Source: Thermoplasmata archaeon
GTDB lineage: Archaea > Thermoplasmatota > Thermoplasmata > Halarchaeoplasmatales > Halarchaeoplasmataceae
Reading direction: 5' to 3'
NCBI GenBank assembly: GCA_003554965.1
Contig: PWHR01000063.1
Coordinates: 30,134-94,133 of the forward strand
Length of the DNA stretch: 64,000 nt
The notes beneath the pieces were generated by a model, which was given only the letters and a program-made list of their open reading frames with translations, did no database searches and was not told the origin of the DNA. Position numbers and translations under genes: made by a program. Numbering within the stretch: the stretch's first letter is position 1; each line of letters opens with the position of its first letter. Of this stretch, positions 56,653-64,000 are shown piece after piece.

Positions 56653-58623
56653 TCAGGTATTGCTTCCAATATTTTGAGCATCCAACTGAGATTCGATATC
56701 TAGTTCTAAAAGGATGGGATAACCATCGTCAGCTGGTGTAATATCGTTTATCCCTTCATCCTCTTCAACATAATGCCAGGTTTCACCGAAATCAAAGTCT
56801 TCCATTTCATCTTTCGCACTTTCACCCTGCATATCGTCAGTCTCAAGACCTTCTCCACCTGCAGAGTCCTCCAGTTCACTCACTTCTTCATCCCAGTATG
56901 AGTCCTCCACTATACCATCATTACCTACACCACGGGTCTGCAGATTACCGACTAAGCCTCCAACAAGATCGCTTCCTTCGATCTCATCTGCAGCAGAGTA
57001 TGAAGTACGTATCTCACCTCTTCTCTCGGCACATCCCGCAAGCCCACCTACTCGCTCAGCATCCCCTGCTTCAACATCCCCTAAAGAATAGGAGTCGATG
57101 ATTTCACCTTTCTGAGTACATCCGATCAAACCTCCGAATTTATCACTTCCTTCATCTTGCCTTTCCGATACATGTACATCTGCGAAGGATTCTCTCAAGA
57201 TCGGATTGTCTCTACCACCTGGCGTCTCTCTCCAGCTGTTGTGCGAACCTATCAATCCACCTACCGCTCCCGTTCCTTCTACTTCGCTGTCTCTAGCACA
57301 GCTTTTTTCGATCAGAGTTTCTTCGTTTCCAGTCACTCTACCTATCAATGTGCCCACGCCTCTGTTCCCAGTGATTTCGGCGTCCCTGATACACAGGTGC
57401 TTCACCACAGTTTCATCTTCCACATCGCCAACGTGGCCAAAGAGACCGATATTATTTTCCTCAGGTCTGTCAATTTCTAGATCGCTGATATTATATCCTT
57501 GTCCGTCGAACGTTCCGGTGAACGGATGTTCTTGGTCGCCTATCGGTGTCCAACCTTCATCAGGTTCAGCAACCATATCATCGTAACCATCATCTTCTTT
57601 ATCAAGATCATTCTGAAGTTCGTAATGTGCATCTAAGTCATTCCACATGGCCTGAAGGTGATACCAGTCTTCTATCTCATATGGATCCTCCTCACTTCCA
57701 TCTCCTGTCATCTCCTCATCTATGTCTAATGTTGTAAAATTGAACATGGATCCATAATACACATCATCATCTATTTCAGCGACTGCTCTGTATTCATGAA
57801 CTGTCTCTTCGCTCAGACCGGTTATAGTCTCTTCAAAATAATCATTGTCAAGATCAGAATCTTTTTTCTCCCAAGATCCATCTCCTTCTTCCTTCCATTC
57901 AAAGTAGACATCTGCTTCCTCTTCCTCATACCCTCTCCAGTATGTCACCTCCCCTTTCAAAGTCGCGGAATCACTATCTACGTCTTCTGCCTCTTTCGTC
58001 TCCACTATAAGAAAATCATCTTCATACACGATCGGATGATCAGCTTCACCTATCCATACATCTCCTTCTTCGAACTCCCACTCAACTTCGTAACCATCCG
58101 AATCCGGCGCATCCTCTCCCAAATAATACACCACAGTGAACTGCGCCACGCCGTCCTCCTCATACTCCACTTCATACTCAACGGAACCGTCTCCCTCTTC
58201 AACTACCGATTCTTCATCCCATTCCACACCCGGCTCGACGAACCCTTTCAACACTTCGAAACTCATCTCATCATCCCATCCTGAAGGTTCATTCACCTCT
58301 ACACTCAGATCGCTTTCTGAAGGATCGCTTATATCGACATAAGTATGATACTGATCCTTAGGTTCAGAAGCAGAGAAATCCGCTTCTTCCAACTCTGTAG
58401 AAGATTTAAAACTCAGCGTTTCCCACGCCTCTTCCCCCTCATCAGGATACCTTTCTTCGTCGCTCATCCTGATAGTATAAGGCTGTTCATAACTTATAGG
58501 TACGTCAACCTCGGACAGCCAAATAACAGCTCCAGCTGCAGTAGAGACTATCAAAATCCCTCCGATGACCCAAGTTAATATTCTTTTCAGATTGACTATA
58601 GAACCTGATTTTCTCACTTTCAT
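56653..58623 (-). CDS. Secreted acidic surface protein with FN3-like and GLUG-motif domains
   Basis: N-terminal signal/TM; GDGSEEDPYEI; FTGTFDGQGY.I; repeated VGGLIG/VGGLAG/VGGLVG; SYWDEEVS. Confidence 0.8.
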   Translation of the reverse strand: MKVRKSGSIVNLKRILTWVIGGILIVSTAAGAVIWLSEVDVPISYEQPYTIRMSDEERYPDEGEEAWETLSFKSSTELEEADFSASEPKDQYHTYVDISDPSESDLSVEVNEPSGWDDEMSFEVLKGFVEPGVEWDEESVVEEGDGSVEYEVEYEEDGVAQFTVVYYLGEDAPDSDGYEVEWEFEEGDVWIGEADHPIVYEDDFLIVETKEAEDVDSDSATLKGEVTYWRGYEEEEADVYFEWKEEGDGSWEKKDSDLDNDYFEETITGLSEETVHEYRAVAEIDDDVYYGSMFNFTTLDIDEEMTGDGSEEDPYEIEDWYHLQAMWNDLDAHYELQNDLDKEDDGYDDMVAEPDEGWTPIGDQEHPFTGTFDGQGYNISDLEIDRPEENNIGLFGHVGDVEDETVVKHLCIRDAEITGNRGVGTLIGRVTGNEETLIEKSCARDSEVEGTGAVGGLIGSHNSWRETPGGRDNPILRESFADVHVSERQDEGSDKFGGLIGCTQKGEIIDSYSLGDVEAGDAERVGGLAGCAERRGEIRTSYSAADEIEGSDLVGGLVGNLQTRGVGNDGIVEDSYWDEEVSELEDSAGGEGLETDDMQGESAKDEMEDFDFGETWHYVEEDEGINDITPADDGYPILLELDIESQLDAQNIGSNT

Positions 58624-58705
58624 TTTCCTCCGATTAGTCTTTGTTCCTCCTTGCGCTCTTATCAAAAACATATTATAAATAAATTAGGGTCAGATTATAG
58701 ATCAT

Positions 58706-59635
58706 TTACCAGAGGTTCTTTTTCTTCACTTCAAACAACCGATCCGCTAACTCTTCGATGTACTCCCTCCTCTCTATCCTTTCCAGGAAAACATCCGGTA
58801 TGCCACTTTCTCCAATAAAGGCACCGACCATACCTACGCACATCGCCCCGATAGTATCCCTATCTCCTCTAACTGTAACAGCGTTCATCAAGGCCTCTAT
58901 AAAATCTTCAGGATTTTTGAGAAAGCTGAAAACTGCATAGGGAACAGAGCGGTGGATGAAAACGTCTATACCAAGCTCACCAGCTGCTTCCTTACAACCG
59001 GCATCTTCTCCTAACAGCTCTCTAACCGCAAAAAATGCCTCTGAAAAGACTTCGGTTTCAGATTCTGCTGCAAGCATCTGAGAGAAATCCGCTTCATTTA
59101 TACGTCCTGCCTTGAACGCCTCACTGATCCCTAAGGCCATAACTGCTGCCCCGTCCTTTCCTAAAGGGTGAACATGGGTCACTTAGGCGGAAAGCTTCGC
59201 CTTTTCTTTCACCTCTTCTTTCTCCCCTGAATAAAACAAGCTTACCGGAGCGACCCGCATAGCCGACCCGTTTCCTTTCGAGCCTTCCCCTCCAAACGAG
59301 GTTTCGGCCGCTTCCACGTAACCTTCCTTCTCTCCGTTTCCGACCATCTCAAAGATCTTTAGAGGACCCTGACCATAGCCGCGCCACGGTTCCTCGAGAT
59401 AGTTCTCCCGGAAAGTATCACCCAAGTGACGGTGATCCAGCTCTCCTTCTTTTTCCACAAGTGATTCCACGATACCCAACACCATGGCGGTATCGTCTGT
59501 ATAGCCGATCGTCTCCCTTTTCTCGACTTCTTTCATCAATTCCTCTTCATCTTTATACTTAAAAGCGAGTTGACCAACTGCATCCCCTACAGCGGTTCCC
59601 AGTAAACCTCCTCTTATCCCTTCTTCACTCTCCAT
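58706..59635 (-). pseudogene. ADP-ribosylglycohydrolase (ARH/DraG family) interrupted by one in-frame TAA
   Basis: GTAVGDAVG, YTDDTAM, SKGNGSAMRVAP, then LSA*VTH (TAA at 59183-85), GDRDTIGAM. Both halves are in the same frame. Confidence 0.85.
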
Positions 59636-59842
59636 CTAATCCACATTTTCTGTATTCTCCATTTCCAATATAAATCTTATCATTTTCAACTTTCACTCCC
59701 CTCCCCAGTTTTCGGATACAAATACCTTGAACTCACTAAGCATACATATGATCGAAAGAAAAAAGCACGATAGAAATAAAGCCTTCAAAAGAGAGGATGA
59801 TATGGACGAAAGAAGACCTACAGCTCCCTGGATGGTGATAAT

Positions 59843-59932
59843 TTGAAAGAACAGACGAGATGCCCTAGATGCGGCTCAAAAAAGGACTCCTGCAAGTGCA
59901 GCAATTGTGGATTCAAACACTGCGGGCACTAA
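59843..59932 (+). CDS. CPxCG-type zinc-finger micro-protein (29 aa)
   Basis: TTG start after ggtga RBS: MKEQTRCPRCGSKKDSCKCSNCGFKHCGH*. Confidence 0.65.
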   Translation: MKEQTRCPRCGSKKDSCKCSNCGFKHCGH

Positions 59933-59935
59933 AAC

Positions 59936-61048
59936 TCACATATCTATATTCCATATCACATAGAGAGGTTCATCATCCACCCCTATTATCGCTGACAGTC
60001 TACCCACCAACTCTATCTTACCTCCCTCTTTGGTCGTACATTCCACCGATAAACTTTCTTCCTTCAACTCTCCTTCGAACATCTCATCAAGGGTCTCGAA
60101 CATCTTAGTTCCGTCGGCATCAGTAATAAATTTCTCCAGATCCTTTTCCAAAATCTCACTATCAGAATAACCGAGCAGTTCACAGAAATTTTCGTCAGCT
60201 TCTTTTACTTTTCCATCACTACCTAAAATAACTACTGCGTCGAAACTCCTCTCGAACAATTTTCTAAAAGCCTCCTGGCCCTCCCGCATCGACTCGAACC
60301 TCTTTCGCTCTTCTGTAACATCGATCAGTGAAACGATGCTCTTATCGGTCCCTGGGATCATTCCCACCTGGATCAAGATATCCTTTACATCGCCAAATCT
60401 ATTGATAAAAGTAAAACTGTACTGGCCGGGAATACTATCTGGATCTTCTCTTCTTCTGTAATGATACTCTTCCATCTTTTCCAAATCTTCATCACTCACA
60501 AAATCGGTCCAGATCTTTTTTCCTTCCAACTTTTCTTTACTGTAACCGGTCAGTTTTTCCATCTCTTCGTTGACCATCTCTGCGACTTTGTCCTTTTCCA
60601 GTATCGCCATGGCTGTTCCGCTGTTTTCAAAAATAGCCCTGTACTTTTCTTCACTTTCCTTCAATTTTCTCTCCATCTCGTGCTTGTAAAAGGCCATCTC
60701 TATGTTGCAGTGGAGTTCTCTTTTACGGTAAGGTTTTACGATATAGCCGTAGGGTTCAGTCATTCTAGCTCTCTCCAATCTTTTATCGTCAGCATAAGCG
60801 GTAAGGTATATCACGGGGATATTCAATTCTGATTTTATCTCATCTGCGGCCTCTATACCGTCCATATCTCCCTTCAAAACTATATCCATCAAAACTAGGT
60901 CCGGGTCTTTTTCAGCTGCTTTTTCGATAGCTTTCTCCCCCTCATCGATTATCCCTATGACTTCATACCCCATCTCTTCCAACGCATCTTTAAGATCTTC
61001 AGCTACAAGCCTTTCATCTTCCACTATGAGTATCTCTTTTTCAGTCAT
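59936..61048 (-). CDS. Response regulator: REC plus two PAS domains
   Basis: ILIVEDE, DLVLMDI, YLTA, YIVKP, followed by PAS-like segments. Confidence 0.92.
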   Translation of the reverse strand: MTEKEILIVEDERLVAEDLKDALEEMGYEVIGIIDEGEKAIEKAAEKDPDLVLMDIVLKGDMDGIEAADEIKSELNIPVIYLTAYADDKRLERARMTEPYGYIVKPYRKRELHCNIEMAFYKHEMERKLKESEEKYRAIFENSGTAMAILEKDKVAEMVNEEMEKLTGYSKEKLEGKKIWTDFVSDEDLEKMEEYHYRRREDPDSIPGQYSFTFINRFGDVKDILIQVGMIPGTDKSIVSLIDVTEERKRFESMREGQEAFRKLFERSFDAVVILGSDGKVKEADENFCELLGYSDSEILEKDLEKFITDADGTKMFETLDEMFEGELKEESLSVECTTKEGGKIELVGRLSAIIGVDDEPLYVIWNIDM

Positions 61049-63269
61049 CTTCTAGCTCCTCCATTTCAAAGCCCATCCTGAAAGTTGTACCTTCTCCCTT
61101 TTGAGTCTGCATCTCAACCCATCCGTCTAGTTGATCCTCCACCAGCATCCTGATCAGGCGTAATCCAAAGGTTTCTGGATCTTCTAGATCTACCTCCTCT
61201 GGTATACCTACTCCATTATCACTCACTTCTATTTCAATCCTTGCACCTTCCTTATCGGTCTTCACTTCCAATCTGCCCTGACCTTCATAACCCTTTGGAA
61301 ATGCGTGGCGGAGAGAATTGGAGACCATCTCATTAACGACCTGAACGCATGGAGTCGCCCGATCTATACCCAGTTGGATAGTTTCAAAATCGGTATCCAA
61401 CTGGACCTCATCATATCCCACGTCATAGGTCTGATATATTGATCTGATCAGTTCATCTAGATATCCCGACAGATCGATACTCGCTACGTCCTCCGAGCGG
61501 TGAAGCATCTCATGGATAAGTGCCATGGACCTGATGCGGTTCTGTGCATCATCTAAAATAGCGGATGGATCTCCTTCCCCTTTCTCAGAAGCCTGGAGTT
61601 TCAACATGCTGGAAATCACCTGGAGATTGTTCTTCACTCTGTGGTGTATCTCATCTAATAGGACTTCCTTCTCTTCCAAAGATTTTCTCAATCTAGCTTC
61701 AACTTTTATCTTGTTTTTCGCCAAGCCAAGGTCCCCAGCTATCTCTTCCAAAAGACCGATCTCTTCGTCGTCGATGTCCTCTGATATCTTCACCACTAGA
61801 AATCCCCCAAATATCTTATCTACTATCGGGACCAACCAAAAGGTGTGTTCACCTTCGGTGTATGAAATCGTTTTATTTTTCTTTTTTAATTTTGCGATCC
61901 TGTCCTCTAAACCATCGATCTTCGGATATTCCCCGAACTTCTTTTTTATCTCGTTGTTTTCCGTCAGGAAGATAGAAACGTCAGAGTAACCTCTAGTCTT
62001 CATCAACAACTTTCTCGACTTTTCCATCAACTCCTCTAGATCATCTTCTTTGGTTATGAGCTGATTTATATATCGGATGGATCGAAGCAAATCGTTGAGG
62101 TGATCCACTTTTTCTTTTGCCTTTTTCCGCTCAGTTATATCGCTGATAAAACCCTCTAAAAATTTTAATTCGCCTTCCTCAGAAAAGATCCCTCTGCCCT
62201 GTTCCCAAACCCACCTTATCTTTCCTTCTTTGGTCTTTATTTTGTATGTCTTCCTGAAAGGTTCCTCGATCTCCACTCCTTCCTGTATTTCATCCCATAC
62301 CTGCTCTCCGTGTTCGGGAACTATAAGGTGCCCATAAGCGACTTCACGATCATCGATGAGCTCTTCGGGCTCGTATCCGGTCAACTCTTCACAGCCCTCG
62401 CTGACGAATTTCATAGTATAGTTCCTATTGTTCAAGCACCGGTAAGCCGTCCCGGGCAGATTACTCAGTAACGTTTTCAATTCCCTTTCTTTTTCCTTCC
62501 GCTTTGAAATATCTCTGAACACTACTTGGATCATGGGTTCTTCATCGACTTCTACCGGGGCTGCTGCCACCTCTACATCTATCGGTTCACCATCATCCAA
62601 CCTGACAAATTTTTCTTCTATCGATGGAACTTTTTCTCCCTTCTCGAGCATCTTCTGTATGCGCTGTTTCACCGTATCCCTAGAATCCGGATGGACCACT
62701 TTCAATATCGACTCCCCTATATGTTTCTCTCGATCTTCCATACCGAGCATTTTCGCTCCAGCTGAGTTAATATATTCCAACCTACCTTTACGGTGAACCG
62801 CTATACCGTCTGGGCAAAGTTCTAAAAAGCTTCTGTATTTTTTCCTGTTCATCTCTAGAGCGTCACTTACTTTTTTTATCTCCGTGATATCTCTTGCTAT
62901 AGCAAGATTCAAAGATCTACCCTTTTCGTCCTCGATAAAAGATGATTTTAAACTGATCCACTTCCTTTTTCCCTCTTTGGACTCTATCTGCATCTCTATA
63001 GCTTTCTCAGATTTTCCCTCCAAAGTTTTTTCCTCGAAGATCTTTAATGCCCTGTCGAGATGATCTTTCATTATCAATTCTTTTGCCAACTCTCTACTGT
63101 CTTTCCCCAAGACATCCTCTTCCTCATAACCGGTCATGCCTTCAAATGCTTTATTAGCTTTGAGTATTATACCATCCATATCTGTCAAAAGCACCCCCTC
63201 ATCCATCGATTCTATCAACTGAAGGCCTCTCTTTCCGATCAGATGTTCAAGATCGATATATTCTTCCAT
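61041..63269 (-). CDS. Multi-PAS/GAF sensor histidine kinase (HisKA_2/HWE-like)
   Basis: EIHHRVKNNLQ H-box, NEMVSNSLRHAF, VSDNGVG, FGLRL, GEGT; RBS ggaggg before ATG 63269. Confidence 0.92.
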   Translation of the reverse strand: MEEYIDLEHLIGKRGLQLIESMDEGVLLTDMDGIILKANKAFEGMTGYEEEDVLGKDSRELAKELIMKDHLDRALKIFEEKTLEGKSEKAIEMQIESKEGKRKWISLKSSFIEDEKGRSLNLAIARDITEIKKVSDALEMNRKKYRSFLELCPDGIAVHRKGRLEYINSAGAKMLGMEDREKHIGESILKVVHPDSRDTVKQRIQKMLEKGEKVPSIEEKFVRLDDGEPIDVEVAAAPVEVDEEPMIQVVFRDISKRKEKERELKTLLSNLPGTAYRCLNNRNYTMKFVSEGCEELTGYEPEELIDDREVAYGHLIVPEHGEQVWDEIQEGVEIEEPFRKTYKIKTKEGKIRWVWEQGRGIFSEEGELKFLEGFISDITERKKAKEKVDHLNDLLRSIRYINQLITKEDDLEELMEKSRKLLMKTRGYSDVSIFLTENNEIKKKFGEYPKIDGLEDRIAKLKKKNKTISYTEGEHTFWLVPIVDKIFGGFLVVKISEDIDDEEIGLLEEIAGDLGLAKNKIKVEARLRKSLEEKEVLLDEIHHRVKNNLQVISSMLKLQASEKGEGDPSAILDDAQNRIRSMALIHEMLHRSEDVASIDLSGYLDELIRSIYQTYDVGYDEVQLDTDFETIQLGIDRATPCVQVVNEMVSNSLRHAFPKGYEGQGRLEVKTDKEGARIEIEVSDNGVGIPEEVDLEDPETFGLRLIRMLVEDQLDGWVEMQTQKGEGTTFRMGFEMEELEDD

Positions 63270-63285
63270 ATTATCCCTCCTTTCT

Positions 63286-63885
63286 TTATTCATTCCTAAC
63301 CTCTTCAAATCTTGACGCTAATTCCTCTAATTGCTCTTTTAAAGATTCGTCTTTACATATCTTCAATATATCAGCTAAAAATTTAGCCTGCAAGATTGAA
63401 AAAAAACTAGCATCCTCTAACTCAGCAACATATCTATCAATATTAACGCTGACTTCTTCATCGACCTTGCTGAAAAGGTCTGCTAGATCACTCACCACTT
63501 CTTCCTTATTATCACAAACAAATCCAATCTTGTCGAGTATAGAAGTACATATTTTAATCCTGTCTTCTTTCCACTTCAGTGCTAAAGCTGATGCTTTATC
63601 ATCCTCCATAGGTTCAGGGGCAAGAATAAAAACTTCTGCCGTCCTACCATATATCTTCTCAGGGATATGATGCTTTTTCTTTTCATCTTTCACCTCGATG
63701 AAACCTGCATCTTCCAATTTTTTTATGTGTCTGTAGATTGTAGACTGGTCTTTATCCAATGCTTCGGCGATCTGAGAGATGGTCATACCTTTTACTTTCA
63801 AAAGATCAAGGATGTTTTTACGAGTCCTTTCCAATCCGATCTTCAGATCTTCAGGATCTTCAAACATCAACACATCTTTTTTCAT
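63286..63885 (-). CDS. ArsR-like winged-helix transcriptional regulator
   Basis: RKNILDLL...MTISQIAEALDKDQSTIYRHIKKLEDAGFI...YGRTA. Confidence 0.85.
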   Translation of the reverse strand: MKKDVLMFEDPEDLKIGLERTRKNILDLLKVKGMTISQIAEALDKDQSTIYRHIKKLEDAGFIEVKDEKKKHHIPEKIYGRTAEVFILAPEPMEDDKASALALKWKEDRIKICTSILDKIGFVCDNKEEVVSDLADLFSKVDEEVSVNIDRYVAELEDASFFSILQAKFLADILKICKDESLKEQLEELASRFEEVRNE

Positions 63886-64000
63886 TCATCTCCCCCATAT
63901 AATCATATCTCTACGAAAGATCACCTTTGATTAACAAAATGACCTTTAAGTTATTTATATGTTTTCTTGGCATTCAATCTAGTTACGATCAAAAAAGATC

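Noticed and set aside
45495-59635. Stop-codon readthrough (pyrrolysine, selenocysteine or a recoded genome) as the explanation for in-frame stops
   Set aside because: The interrupted frames contain TAG, TAA and TGA plus a frameshift in hisG, and intact housekeeping genes end in all three stops. Ordinary decay explains this better.
82-63930. Numerous short antisense or overlapping ORFs in the track (e.g. 13804-14259, 15363-15806, 22166-22807, 35952-36443)
   Set aside because: Shadow frames of well-supported genes on the opposite strand or in another frame, with atypical composition and no motifs.
1-64000. tRNA, rRNA, integrase or transposase genes
   Set aside because: No cloverleaf or T-arm motifs were seen in the intergenic gaps and no ORF has recombinase or DDE motifs. 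tRNAscan-SE/ISEScan were not run.

Overview
Archaeal chromosomal window. The acidic, Asp/Glu-rich proteins and the gene order suggest a halophilic Thermoplasmatota-like lineage; this is an inference, not a database result. 0-13 kb: a wHTH-STAND-TPR protein and two large membrane-anchored surface proteins (beta-helix/coiled-coil protein and a 1,900-aa S8 protease with recently duplicated Ig-like modules). 13-45 kb: mostly housekeeping genes: AOR, rpl7ae-rps28e-rpl24e-ndk, RHH regulator-ftsZ2, thi4, cysteine desulfurase, fumarase, sirtuin, sucD, queE, a second STAND-TPR, an atypical SHMT-fold enzyme, kbl, oxoprolinase, gltX, the rps19e-eif6 cluster, rqcH and an M18 peptidase. 45-64 kb: a more variable region with four decayed genes, hisS and a two-component system. 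The strongest novelty candidate is an intact five-gene operon at 47.4-52.6 kb. It encodes a DRE-TIM synthase with rewritten active-site motifs, a LeuC/LeuD-type dehydratase pair, a TrxB-fold flavoprotein lacking CxxC with a PqqD/RRE-like tail, and a radical SAM/SPASM enzyme, and it converges on a UbiA prenyltransferase. Other notable signals are helically phased GTCNGAC palindromes at the RHH-ftsZ2 promoter, a k-turn that sequesters the rpl7ae ribosome-binding site, and small proteins missed by the ORF track. I found no tRNA, rRNA, CRISPR array or transposase by eye.
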